Below, one piece after another: positions 36,064-48,447 of a stretch of DNA of 64,000 nt (positions are counted from its first letter, which is position 1; every line of letters starts with the position of its first letter). The stretch is from Pavona decussata (lineage: Eukaryota). Where the stretch lies: NCBI GenBank assembly GCA_977016875.1, contig CDRNST010000197.1, positions 186,001 to 250,000 of the forward strand, read 5' to 3'. The notes beneath the pieces were generated by a model that saw only the letters and a program-made list of their open reading frames with translations, was not told the origin of the DNA and searched no databases. The position numbers and the translations under genes are program-made.

Positions 36064-36686
36064 TTAAAGGGCGTCCAAAATGCGGATCTTTAACTGATCA
36101 CCACTCTCTTGCGCAAGTTTACGCAATGCAACTGGATCGCGGCTACTGGACATCCAGACCTCAAACGGCCACCTTTTCTTCAAACCTACTGTTATGGCTG
36201 GTATCATGTAAGGATCGACATTCACAATAACTACTGTTCCTTTCTTTACACCTCGTCTTGAAACTACACTCACAATGTCACTAACCAAACTAGTGTGAGA
36301 AGACATTTTTAAGACTAATGTCGACTCATGTTTACTTATTTTATCCCAAACAGTATCTGATGATCCAGGTTTGTATCCATACAAAGTTGCCATGGCAAAT
36401 TCTCTGTCACTGACAACAAAACCTATTAAGTGCCCAATGTCTTTACTCATCACTTCCAAACTAGGACTATAGTCTACAAACATATACAAAACCTCCTTTT
36501 TGGTGTTGCACGATGGAAGCAGATGAATTGGCTCTGTGCACTGTTCGTCAAGACAAGTATGGCTGCTAGTATCCCACAATTGATCACAAACACAGCTATC
36601 GCACGCTATGTGCTCCTTGCTGCATTGCCAGCGCTTGTCAAACTTTGTTAGGGGCTCTTGGCATTCTTTACATGACCAGTACTTGC
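36064..36686 (-). CDS. GT4-RING-NYN protein, last exon: RING-type zinc finger plus degenerate NYN (PIN-fold) domain
   Basis: Minus-strand acceptor gttgttcttag|GC, phase 1. C-x2-C-x12-C-x3-H-x2-C-x2-C-x12-C-x4-C, followed by FVD...DIG...LYG..P...DTVW.KI...LVSDI...TVVIV..D...IPA...W.FEVW...LD. Confidence 0.75.
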
Positions 36687-37334
36687 CTAAGAACAACAAC
36701 AACAAAAATGGAATTATTATACATTTTACTTACACCTTTCAAAAGCTCTATTTTCACTGGACTCAGCTGCATTGTTTTTAACTCGTGAATGCGCGCATGC
36801 GCAATGAATGAGTTTTCAGGATGCGTACTCTGGCGAAAAATGTCTGATTGGTTGAAATTCAACCACGTGACTAAGTAGTTTACTCGACGCGCGGAGCCTG
36901 AACCATAACTACAATGCCTATCAAAATGACAGCCGATGATCTACATGATGGCGGGATTTTTCAAAGTTTTACGACCGGCATGAAGAAAATTTTCAAACTG
37001 TCCTTGTCGTGAAATCTCTATAACGTAGTTTATTTGTAGAGGATTTTAAGTTTGTACAAGAGAGGGAAAAAGCAGACGAACATAAACGCTTATCGCGAGA
37101 AGGGTGTACGTAAGATGTCTTGAAAGATAACAGTAGATAATTATACTTCGTGGTGTTCTCGGCCGAGAGCTGTACGTGTGGACTAATGCTCATATTAAGA
37201 AGAAGAACCAGAGCAGGTGAAGAGTGCCATGGCAACTTGAGAGGATTCGATGAGTTTACGACTCGATTTTCGGGTGCTAACGCAAGTAAACTGTGCGTTC
37301 CACTTTCGTCACTGGATGAGAGCCTCTAAAGAAG

Positions 37335-37868
37335 CAAATGAATAGTAACTTGGATGATCTGTTCCGGGCACAAGGGTGGCGAAAACTTTCTCATCAAAGA
37401 TTGGATAAGAAATCATTTATAATGTATAAAACTTTAAATGGGATGACACCAGAATATTTAAGATCAAACTTTAAGTTTTTCGCGATAATTTGAATTCTTA
37501 TCATTTAAGGAATACTGAAAACACGCTACATTTTCCACAACCGCGCACTGATTATTTAAACAAACGTTTCTCATAATGTGGAGCTCAGTTGTGGAACAGT
37601 TTGCCAATAGAATTACGGCAAGCAACTTCCTTGAATGATTTAAAGACTAAATTGAGACGCCACAGTTATAAGTAAGAGTTTTAAGCACGGCCTCCATGAA
37701 AAGCAGCATTTATTGTTTAGTTTTGTTTTATTTTTTAAACTTTTTATAATCAGAGTTAGGTAGATAGATAGTTAGTTGATAACGATAATCTAAGTAGCTG
37801 TTAGAAAAACCGTGTATAAGTAAAGTTATCCTATCCTATCCTATCCTATCCTATCCTATCCTATCCTA
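37335..37868 (+). mobile_element. CR1/L2-group LINE 3' fragment ending in an (ATCCT)n tail
   Basis: Degenerate GW..L..QR...MYK.LNG.TP.YL...PQPRTDYL...GAQLWNSLP. Microsatellite tail at 37828-37868. Confidence 0.7.
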
Positions 37869-37882
37869 CTGTTGCAACCAAC

Positions 37883-38002
37883 CTGTCACAGTATCCTCAG
37901 ACTCTCCAGCAGCCATTTCGTCATCTGGCTTCAACACAAGGCAAGTCGGTTCCATTTCATGCTCACCGTCATCTTGCAATCCTGGACCTTTATCTTGTTT
38001 GT
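37883..38002 (-). CDS. GT4-RING-NYN protein, middle exon missed by the ORF track (acidic linker DKQDKGPGLQDDGEHEMEPTCLVLKPDDEMAAGESEDTVT)
   Basis: Minus-strand ataatccag|AC ... ACAG|GTTGGT. 120 nt, phase 1 to 1, open frame bridging both neighbours. Confidence 0.7.
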
Positions 38003-38118
38003 CTGGATTATAGATCAACCAGAAAAATTGAAATGTTAGGGGAAAGGTAGCTTGCGTAGCAGGTGTAATTGGGCAGTGGGAAAGGGAACGAGAAAAAGTG
38101 AAAGATGATGCAACTAGT

Positions 38119-38314
38119 CTATTTTTAGATTATGAACTCATCGTTTCCAATAGCATTATAACCTCCACCCCTCTACCCGATAATGAACTATTCTATTTTA
38201 AGGCTATGAAGTATCCGTTTCCAACAGCGTAACCTCCACCCCCTCTACCCGATGATGGAACTATTCTATTTTTAGATTATGAACTCATCGTTTCCAATAG
38301 TGTAACCTCCACCC
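38119..38314. repeat. Tandem repeat, ~72-74 bp unit, ~2.7 copies
   Basis: Recurring ctatttt.ag..tatgaa...cgtttccaa.ag...taacctccaccc. Confidence 0.75.
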
Positions 38315-39046
38315 TATGACGCCATCGCCGTTAATGCATTCCCCCTTAAAAATTCCGGCCCAAAACATCCCTACTGGACTACGGTCAGCGTTTTTTTAAT
38401 GAAAGAAAATGCTCAAACAAAAAGCGATTTCTTTACAGGTTATTTTCAACTTGATAGTATCTGCTGGATGTTTTTCAAAATGCGATGAATTTTGAAAGCG
38501 GTTTCAAACATTTCGAAAACATAGCTTGTTTTTTCACGATAACCGGTAACATTTATTCGATTGGGCAGTGAAAATAACCGGTTACCGGCTCCTAACAAGA
38601 AGCCTGCCATCCAAAATTGTTATTTTTTCTCAACATTAAACAAATTCAATTGTTGCCAGTGAATGATATTTTTCGATGAAAGAAAGTTTCCCTTCTCCCC
38701 TCTGAAATTATTTCCTGGGTCATTGACTCCCCCCCCCCCCCCCAAGCCCACCCCTCTGCAATTTCGAGTTCCCTAAGTGGTGGAGGTGTGGATATTTTCT
38801 GGAACCACACAATCACGTTCATTAACAATCGGTGAAGAGGGCTCGCTTTAGAAAACCAAAAGGATCGGTTGGTAGAAAGCTTCAACCACTTTCCACAAAG
38901 AAAAGACTATGTTGGTGACGGCCCCTCTCAACCCCCTCAGTATAGAAAACAAAACAACACAGATGAAACGAAACTTAAAGGAATTACTGGGTTCCTTGCA
39001 TGGAGGATCGAGGGTTTTTCTTTTGTTTGTTTGTTTTCATACGTAC

Positions 39047-40205
39047 CATTGGGCATGTTCCTTATCATATCAACAACAACACTGCACTGCTCTTCCCAAT
39101 TATATGTCTTGGCATAGTTATCGAGTAAAATTTGCGCTTCTTCCAGTCGACGTTCATAGCCTTTGTGCAGTATTTTCTGAATCTTTTTCACCCACTCCAT
39201 AACGTCATCAGAGCTAACCACATACTGTGAACCAAACGGAACTTTCTTCAGGACTTGTCCTAATCCCGTTTTGTCTGTTATAAGAACAGGCAGATTTGCT
39301 GATATCCCTTCCAGAGCAGCGAAGCCAAATTCCCCGGTTATCGATGGCATAATGGCAAGATCCACCTCAGACAACAATTGTTTATAACTTTCCCAGCAGT
39401 CTATATTTCTCACTGTCAGGCACTTTGGAGGAACATTACATTCTTTTAAAAGAGATGCTACTTCATCTTGTTTCTTCCCTGGTGGGACAAGAAAGATAAA
39501 ATTAACTTCATCTTTCAGCAGACCAACAGCTTCAGCGGCGATGTCAACTCCCTTTAGAGAGAAACCTTCGGTATCACCACGATCAAATACTAGGACTCGA
39601 AACTTGTCTCCTTCTTGCTTCCTCTGCACTGCGTTGTCAAACTCGCTGAAAATTCCCGGTGTAAAAACAAGCAGATTTTGGTCTTTCGCTCTGCAGCGAA
39701 GAAAGGAGCGGTAAGCATCTTTCAGCTTAGGCCCGACTGCTACGACAAGATCAGCCATCTTACAAAGGTCCACTTCTCGATCCTTTTTTTGCGCCTTTGA
39801 CATGGCACCGGGGTAAGCTTTGGACATTCCCAGATCCTCCGGGTCAGTATGAACAAACTGGACCCACTTACAATTGCGGATTTCCTGAATGATTTTCGCT
39901 TGGAGACCAAGTGAGACCTCATGTCCGATTACACAGTGAATCTGAAGGTCTTTTGGAGGAAAAGGAAACAATTTGGACTCATCGTAAAATTCAGGTCCCC
40001 TTGATGCCTGAATTAGAGTAACATTCTTCTTCAGAGCTGAATCCTTTTCTTCTTGGTCGCATTGTGGGACAAAGACGGACACTTGTACATCAGGGCGTTT
40101 TGCAAGTTGTATGGCCAACTCCCTATGGAAAATCGACAGCCCGTCACGCTTCGATCCCCACTCTGAGGCCAGTAGCAACAATTTCAATTTTGAGGATGAT
40201 GCCAT
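39047..40205 (-). CDS. GT4 (Glycos_transf_1, GT-B fold) glycosyltransferase exon of the GT4-RING-NYN protein
   Basis: LLASEWGS...GLS...RELA..LA, WVQFVHT.PE.LGM, LC..ADLVVAVGPKL, KG.DIAA.AV, DLAIMPS...FG..ALE..SA.LP. Donor AATG|GTACGT, phase 1. Possible acceptor at 40226/40227. Confidence 0.85.
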
Positions 40206-41561
40206 TGTTCTTGAATCCAGTTGTCCCTTTAATTAAAAAATAAATAAATAAAATTATCAGTGATAAAAACTAAAAGCAGCCGCTGATGTGGTCGTGTTAT
40301 TACAATAATAAGAACATTAAACCTACATTATCACGACTTCAAAAAAAATCTATACCTTAAAAATACCTACTCTTACTTTACATTGAAAAATGCCTATTCA
40401 CAAGGAAGTGTCTCTATAAAAACCTACTTAAAATTCAACTTCTTATGGTACTTTTGTCCGGTATGCCTCTAGTTTGATTAACTACCGAGCTCCCCACGAT
40501 ATCGCCTTATACCTTGATTAATTATGAAGAAAGACAGTTATAGGTTTTGGAACCATAAAATTTCATTTTCTTTGAACATTGAATATTAAAAAATAGTGAA
40601 GGTTCAAAAAATGCTTAAAATACGCTAAAAGTTCCCTTTGAAAATGTACGTGTCCAAAGCGCTCGACTTGTTTTAAAAAAGGCGATTTCCTGCGGAAGAG
40701 ATGGTAATCGTTACCTGTATACAGCCATTTGTCAGAACACTGCTCTGTCCCACCCCAAAAACTCACAGCACAAAACCTGTATGGCTGAACATTGAGGGTA
40801 ACGAAAGGTCATACTTGTATGCAGGTGGATGTTCATGTTTAACCAAACTATTTGCAAAAACCGCAATTTGAGCTGGTAAATTAACCAGCTACTGGTGTTT
40901 GCTTGCATTAAACACTTGTTTTTGATTTCAAATTTGTCTTCCTATCCACATATCACAACGGAATGTCACAAAGTTTAGGATTCCAACAAAGTCCTGTCAT
41001 GCCCGCTGATAATTTTGTGCTGTGATCGATTCAAAGTAAATAAAATAAATCACTACAATACACGGAATACTTTGACATGTCAGTCCCCAGTAATTTAAAT
41101 TTCAATATGGGTAAATATAAATGGCATCTTGGCAAGTAAGTAGATGGAAATAAAAGGTAAGGGCACGCGTGCCGGTAAAATCACATTGTCATACATCAGA
41201 GGAGAAAAAAGCCAAAAAACCAATAAAAATATATCATTATAATAAAAACCTTCCCAGAATCCTTTGCACCTGAAATTCGCAAGAGCCGAATAACTTTGAC
41301 AATTTCAAGCCCAGGAGGATTCCACACCACATGGAAATAACACTTGCCATAAAAATCACTCATATTTAAAATCTAGTGTAATGACGTCATCAGTCACGTG
41401 ACAACACCCCAAAATGCGTTTAACCTCATCGCAAAATTGGATATCTATCAATTCAAAAAGAGATTGGTGTGACGTATATAGAAATGGCCATTAACGACCT
41501 TGCATCTTAAAATTAAGGGGGCCATAGACAAAAGACACAAAACTGAAAATGTGGGGGACTT

Positions 41562-41904
41562 GTACTCCCATGCGGAAGGTCATGGGTTCAACCCCGGCAG
41601 GACCAACACTCAGGGTCTTTAATTAAATAACTGAGAAAGTGCTGCCTTTGTAATTACATCTGCAAATGGTTAGACTTTCAAGTCTTCTTTTCTTGGATAA
41701 GGACTATAAACCGTAGGCCCTGTTCGAAAAGAGTAGGGGATGTTGTGGTTTGGCCTTGTTCTGGAAGGGGGAATCTTTCACTTCTTTAATTAACTGTAAA
41801 CTGTGTAACAAGCAGTATGACTAAAAGTCCCCCAAACAGTATTGTAAATTAGTCCTGAAAAGCCCAGAGGGGAGTGACTAATCTCGCCAGTATTGTATTG
41901 TATT
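41562..41904 (+). mobile_element. tRNA-derived SINE with a Nin/Deu-like central domain, 5'-truncated
   Basis: B-box-like GGGTTCAACCCC, central GGATAAGGACTATAAACCGTAGG, (TATTG)n tail, GGGACTT direct repeats at 41555 and 41905. Confidence 0.7.
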
Positions 41905-42677
41905 GGGACTTAGTCCAGAGGGATACCTTGTTGAGTTTAAGGCACATTTGAAATTAAATTTGCATGGGTATAGATGTTATTTGAAGTACCTTCTATAACA
42001 TTTTTACCATGGTGAAGACATCGGTCATGTGACCAGGATGCTCTGAATTTTCTGAGGGTTTTTTTAAAACTATATTAAGCACAATGAAAGAGCGACTGGT
42101 AGGTCGCTGCTTGTAGATATTTTAGTAAAACATTTAAAAGGGGCACGAGATCTGTTACATGTCTCCTCTTGAGCGACTTGTCAAGTTAAAAATAAAAGCA
42201 AACTCCTATATGAGGTTTGAATGTATGCTCTTGCTAATGGGATCGAAGGTTTTCCTCCATTCTGACCCAAAAGGAGGCTAATATTATCTGGTGCCTTTTT
42301 TTCATGGCTAAACCATTCAGCTAGATTCAGCTATTATACATGCAATATGCCTGGAGGACGTGGTTAAGTGCATGAAATCGAGGCTTAAGATACATTGATT
42401 GGTGAAACATGGCTCAGTTTTCTAGTATACAGGTGTTAGTAAACGTTTTTTGCAAACTAAGTACTTCTGGGTGCCCAAACTTAGCATGGTGCAAGATTAA
42501 CTAAGAAGGAATGTATTTTGAACATACTTTAACAGGTTTATCTCCTATGAGTCTATTATTGATTGACTACTCATTGATCGTTGCCATTAATCAATGACTA
42601 ATCAGCTGATTACCTATTGATTACCTATTAATTACTCCTTGATTTCATTGATGTCATGGATTAGTTATGTCTGGCAT

Positions 42678-42895
42678 ATAATGATGATGATGATGATAAT
42701 AAATAGGTCAAATTGGAATTTGAAAATGTTGGTTTTTTGTGGAGGGAGGAAAACCGGAGAACCCGGAGAAAAACCCTCGGAGCAAGGACGAGAACCAACA
42801 ACAAACTCAACCCACATTACGCTGAGACCACAAATCAAACCCGGGCCACATTGGTGGGAGGCAAGTGCTCTCATCACTGCATCATCCCTGCTCCC
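42678..42895 (-). mobile_element. tRNA-derived SINE with a V-domain-like core
   Basis: Minus strand GGGAGCAGGGATGATGCAGTGATGAGAGCAC...CCCGGGTTTGAT (A/B-box-like), GGGTTTTTCTCCGGGTTCTCCGGTTTTCCTCCC, (ATC)n tail. Confidence 0.75.
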
Positions 42896-44719
42896 AGATA
42901 ATTTCATCCTTTGGGAGTTTCTAAAATGAGTGTCGAAGTGAAAAGGGATATCATTATCAATTGACAATGTATTGATATCGTAAGGAGAAATTACACATTG
43001 ATCACTTCTGGAAGTAAAAGGGTTAAAGTAGTACATTAGTACTGTGAAAAAGAGCAATGTAGTTGTTGCCAAGCTTGTGGCACATTATTGTAAGACAATG
43101 AAAGAATTGCCAACTGATTTCTATTATAAGTAATGCTTTTCTTTTCCATTACAGATGCTTAATTGTAAGGGGTGGGGGCACTCCTATCAGGAGTACTCCT
43201 CACTCCTCAAAAAGAAGGCAGTAAGGGGTTGGGAACATGGCGGCTGGAGTGATCATGGTGGTAGTGGTGTTGGCTGCAGTCATGACGGGGGGAGGGGGGT
43301 TCCTCCCTATAACAATTGCGGGGGTGGTCTTCATACCTTGTCGGAGGTAAAATTTATGGATTTGTACCGAGCTTTGGGTGCTAAAGTCTAAAGGCACCAC
43401 CACTAGAGTTGTTGTGGTACCTTTTAGTTGCCTTTAAGGTTAGATCCTCAAATAGGATAAAGATTTATGACAATACTTTCAAAAAATCTTGATCACATGT
43501 TGTTTGGAAGAGTCAGCTTTACCAGTATTTATCTTTTAACCCCTATTAAATATCAATGAACAAATGTCATGTCCCATACTTTTCTTATAAAAGTACTGGG
43601 GAGAAGTGAATAAAATATCAAGGAGATTCACCTTGGGTGATCATATCCTTAATTCTCATAATTGGTACCTGTAAAGGGTGAAGAGAATTTGGATCACGCT
43701 CACAAAAGTAGATTCTGGTACCTTTTAGGGGTGTTTTTGAAATGTTCTGACAAGCACCAAGCACCCCCATCATTTTTATAGTCTATAACCCCCCCCCCCC
43801 CCTCCTAGAGTCATGGCTGTCACCAAGTCATATTACAGTTTTTTTTTTTTGTTTACTCTTGTTTGTATCTGCATGGACGCAGTAAAACAGTAAAACAGTG
43901 CTTTTAAATTTTGTTTATTCTTTGTTTAAGTATCAGACTACCAACAAAACCCTCACAAGACCTTTCCTTAACAGCTTTTAACAGGATAAAAACCCATATT
44001 GCCCTGCTCTCAATGCTTCTCAGCTGGTTTACAATAAGGCCCTAGTGACTGGCCCCAAGGGAGTGAGGCTGAGCCGAGGAAAACATTCTGGGTTGAGGGA
44101 AACAAAACTCACTGTTTCCATCTGAACAGTTATTAAGCAATTTCTTACACCTCTCAACTCAGCTTTACAGTGTATGCGCCATCCTTAACTCTGCAGGAAT
44201 TTGAGCTACAGTTAGTTTAGTTTTTCAAATGCTTTTTCCTAAAATATGATTTATGAACTGTATCCAACCAAATCAAGATGAGGGATGACGAGGATAATGA
44301 ACATCAGCCAGGCGATAATGTCTGATGTAACACTTAAACTCTCAGAAACAAGAGCACAGAAAGCTAAAAACTGGGCTCTCAAGCTTCTTAAAATTTATTT
44401 CTTAGTTAAAAAAGCATGACCTGTAAGAGCATTAACAAAGTAGGCAAGCATGTCACAAAACATCCATGGTCTACATGATTCTCAGTAATCTTTAGCGTGA
44501 CGTGCCTGCTCAAGCTTTCTTCTTGTACATCTCACACACACAAACTAACACTAAGGGATATGCTGGTAATTTTAATTAATATATTACTTTAGCCAGTTCT
44601 AATAATAATTATAATAATAATAATATATAGTATAGAATAGTATAGAGCTACATTGTAACTTCCACACAATGTTCAGACGTGCATGATAATTACAAAATGC
44701 AATAACTGAATATAATAAT

Positions 44720-45737
44720 TTGGGGTATGGAGATCTCGGACTCTCAAGCCAGGATTAACTCACGTGATCAAGTAGCTAGACTGGAAAAAACGCTACAAGA
44801 GAGCACGAGAAATCTACCGTGCGATGCACAGATGGAGGGTGCAGCAAATTCAAAAGCTATTACAACTGTGCCTTGAAATACAGATTTATCTATTCTTGAA
44901 GTAAGCGAATCGCAATATGCTAATTTGCTAACAACATCACGCAAAGATTTGCATACAACCAGTACTTCTCAAATCCCACGAGACTAAGAGCAAATAGAGC
45001 AAGGTGAAAACAATGTAAGCAGACCGGGATGCCTTCCAGACTACAATACTGTTTACAAACTGTCTATGATTAACTGGGGAGAACGAAGTGATGATTCTGC
45101 AATTGTCATACCGACGTCAATCATAATGGATGCCTACAACAAGATCGCAACATGGAGAAAGAACATGTTTCTTGTGCCAAATGGGAAAGTAGGAAAGGAC
45201 TTTATTGATCAAAAAACATTGCACATTAATGACTGGAATAGCGGCTTTGACAATCAGTACATACCCCTCAAAGCAGCCTTTGTGCACCTTGCCCTAGGGC
45301 TCCAAAAACTACCAGCAGCTACCAGAAGATTCACTCGTAAAATCAGCACAACAGGCAGTAACAAAGGAAAGTTCAAAGGAACTTGAAGATAGGGCAAAGT
45401 GTATTAAGGAGATGGCACCTCAGAAGACCAAGCACTAGATCTGGCAGCAGAAAAAGGATCATCGGCATGGTTTACAGTTCTCCCTCTTCAAGATCTGGGT
45501 TTTAACCTGAATAAAAGGCAGTTCCCTGACGCTGCTAAACTATGCAACAACTGGCCAGTGGATGATATCCCCTCCACATGTGCCTGTGGTGACGTTTTTC
45601 TGGTAGACCACTCTACGATTTGCAAACTACATGTAGGAGGTTTTGTTATTCAGCGCTTCAACGAGCTAAGAGATCTGGAAGCTGAACTCACGAGTACAGT
45701 ATGCAGTGATGTTGAGACTGAGCGAGTTCTCTGGAGA
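44720..45737 (+). mobile_element. CRE-clade non-LTR retrotransposon remnant, 5' part (RT deleted)
   Basis: AYNKI..WRKNMF.VP.GK.GK.FI, EKGSSAW.TVLPL...GF.LNK, zinc knuckle CACG...DH..IC, QRFNELRDLEAEL. The 5' boundary is approximate. Confidence 0.7.
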
Positions 45738-45927
45738 ACAGCTTTTGAATTGAATTTAATGAATTCGTCACTGAGGATATTATACAATAGAAATACAATA
45801 AAAATACAGTAAAAAATACAGGCTGTGATGGGGAAAAGAAACAGAACTTGTATCCCTATTGCAATCTGACCCCCTACTACAAGAAAAAGCTACAATAGTA
45901 AGTAAATAACAATCGTAAGTAGATTTA

Positions 45928-46890
45928 CAGTTGAGCCAGGTCAAACGTACCCCCCCCCCTAGATTCTATTAATGACTCTATTATTTGAAAATTGAACACA
46001 TTAGTCGTTTCAAGAATTCAAATCAAAGTTCGATTTCTGATTGGATTATACGAACAATGCACGAAACCAGAAAACCAGAAAGCCTGCCATAAAACCCCTC
46101 TCAACATATTCAGAGCAGTAATTCTTGATTTATATAATAGTGGGTTTTCCAAAAAGCAGATTTCTCATGTTTTGCAGCAGTCAGCGCGTACTGCCAGAAA
46201 CAAAATTCGCCATTTTCAACCGGGTACGGTGTGAATGGGTCCTGGACATTTTACGTTTACGCACTTGCATTTATTTCGTTAGTTATTCAAAAAAAATTAA
46301 AAAAGGATTGGAAGTGCTTTATCATAATAAGCAGTTCTCTTCTTGAGGTATATGCAAATTAATTTAGCGAAAAGTATGTGAGCCCACAGTGAAAGATGAT
46401 CATTTCAGTTGACCTTCGACAATGGAAATGACCCTCGGCACATGTGTTGCGCTATTCTTCGCAGTATAATGGACAGTCTGGTGAAATATATACCAAACTT
46501 TTTCATGCTTCAAGGTGGGTATTGCTATACATGAAAGATAAATTGGAAGTTTCAGCCCGGCTCATTTGCAAGCACTTGACTTTGTGCTCTTGCCATGACC
46601 AAATTTGCATAATGAATTATATGAACGTGTCAACAATATGCAGGAACAGTTTGAAGGAACAAGCTGTTTCAAATGTACTGTAGTTTGAATTTTATATGCT
46701 TTTGCTTTTACTGTTAGCGTGGATCAATGTTCAAATTAAAAGCCAATGAGAATCGAATTTTAATTTGAACATTGATCCGCGCTAACAATGAATTAATGAA
46801 TGCCTTCTTTGAAACGACTAATGGGTTCGATTTTCGAATGATCGATCCATTAATAGAGTCTAGGGGGGTACGCTTGACCTGGTTCAACTG
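45928..46890 (+). mobile_element. Internally deleted Tc1/mariner element
   Basis: TA|CAGTTGAGCCAGGTCAAACGTACCCCCC...CTAGATTCTATTAATG with a matching inverted end ...GACCTGGTTCAACTG|TA. HTH remnant RAVILDLYNSGFSKKQISHVL...TARNKIRHF. Confidence 0.82.
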
Positions 46891-47296
46891 TAAGCTACAC
46901 TGTAGGGAGTGAATGAGGAGTGAATTAGTTGCTTTAGTGCAAAAAAGGAACAAGTTCCACAATTCACCAGTCCTAATGGAAAAGATTTCCTATAATAATC
47001 CCGATTGTGTTTATATTTTATATAGTAATTATTAGGGTCATAGTTTCTCGTACCGTGCTTTGGCTGGAAGGTACGAAGGTAATTGCTAACTTCAGTAGAT
47101 ATAAGACCATTTCTGGACTTAAAAAATAAAAGTAAGTCAGATATTTCTTTACGATGTTCTAGAGGCAATAAAATAACAAAGTTTGCTAAATCTTTTATCG
47201 TGTGTCATTTTCTGGGGATAGTTGACAGTATGAATTTAGTTGCTCTTCACTGCACATTCTCAGTGAGGGCACAATGTTTGATGGTGTATGGTGACC

Positions 47297-48156
47297 TAGT
47301 CTCATACGCAGCCGTTCATAGTGTCGTCACGCAACGCTTCTCCTCACAAACGACTGCTGTAAACCAAACCACATTCCTTTCCCTTTGTGTTTGCGGTCTA
47401 ACGAACAAACCAATGACGTATCACAAATTCACAATGGATACATGTCAGCTCTAAGAACATAATACTTGTCAATCACGAAGCGACTGAGCTGAAAACAATT
47501 GCAAGAGGCCAAAGCTCTCGAAAGCGAGAGACAACATTGATCAACTTTGTAAAGACGTGGATCTGTTAGACTCTCACATACACGATAAACAAACATTATG
47601 CAATCTCATTGCAGAAAAGCATGAAATCACAAGTAACAAAATCCACGGATCAAAATTAATGTCTTCATAGATAGCATTTACTGAGCCCTGTGTGATATCT
47701 TGCAGTTGATCCGAGCCATTAAACCTAAACACATGCCACAGACTCTAGGATACCCAATGGCATATGAAAAACTTCTCCCAACGGCTCAGAATGATCATTA
47801 AGAAAACCTCCATTCACTATATTTGAGTTCAGTTTCCCTTCATGATCAAGATTAACATCATTAAGCAGAGCTAAGGTACCGTTGAAGGTTTTACTACAAA
47901 TCTATTTGCGAACTGCAGGAGTCGCGTTGGCCCGTCAACACTTATTAACACGCCATTTTGTTTGCTTTGTCAGTATAAACTAGGTTATGATTGGACGAGA
48001 CACAGAACTGAAAACTTGGCCCGAGGAGCTTCCAGAAAATGGAAGTTTGAACCTGATAGGTTAATTATCGGGAAAGGAATGTGGTTCGGTTTACAGCAGC
48101 CGTTTGTGGGGAGAAGCGTTGCGTGACGACACTAAAAACGACTGCGTAGGAGACTA
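47297..48156. mobile_element. Non-autonomous DNA transposon with ~85-bp TIRs and a 9-bp TSD
   Basis: TAGTCTC.TACGCAG.CGTT..TAGTGTCGTCACGCAACGCTTCTCC...CCACATTCCTTTCCC mirrored at 48070-48156. TSD ATGGTGACC / ATGGCGACC. Superfamily unresolved. Confidence 0.85.
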
Positions 48157-48447
48157 ATGGCGACCATACACTGCTACCATACTCTAGCTTCGGGAGGATT
48201 AATGCACAGTACTTTTGAGCGGTACTGTAGGAGCTTTTTGGTACTTGCATCCCGCACATCATAACAAATTCTTTTAAGGAGGCCAAGAGTCTTGTTGGCC
48301 TTGGCAATGGTGACTTCAATGTGTCTTGAACAAGACAAGTCACTGGTTATCATTATACCGAGGTCACTTATTGAAAAGGCACATTCTAACTAGTGGCCTT
48401 CCAGGGTATAACTTCGGTTAGATGTTACGGGAGTTTTTTTCTGGAGA

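Larger units (their letters stand above)
45744..48439 (-). mobile_element. CR1/L2-group LINE 3' fragment inserted into the CRE element and itself interrupted twice
   Basis: YCALILPKLEYGSSVWSP|SPYTIKH...ENVQ.RATKFIL and LEHRKEISDLLLFFK...RNYD. (ATTCA)n-type tail near 45745. TCTGGAGA flanks at 45730 and 48440. Confidence 0.7.

Noticed and set aside
42705-42895. Functional tRNA gene (also 41562-41610)
   Set aside because: Degenerate A/B boxes followed by SINE body and simple-repeat tail, no cloverleaf.
43155-43403. Gly/His-rich ORFs on both strands
   Set aside because: Low-complexity repeat-derived sequence, no supporting exon chain.
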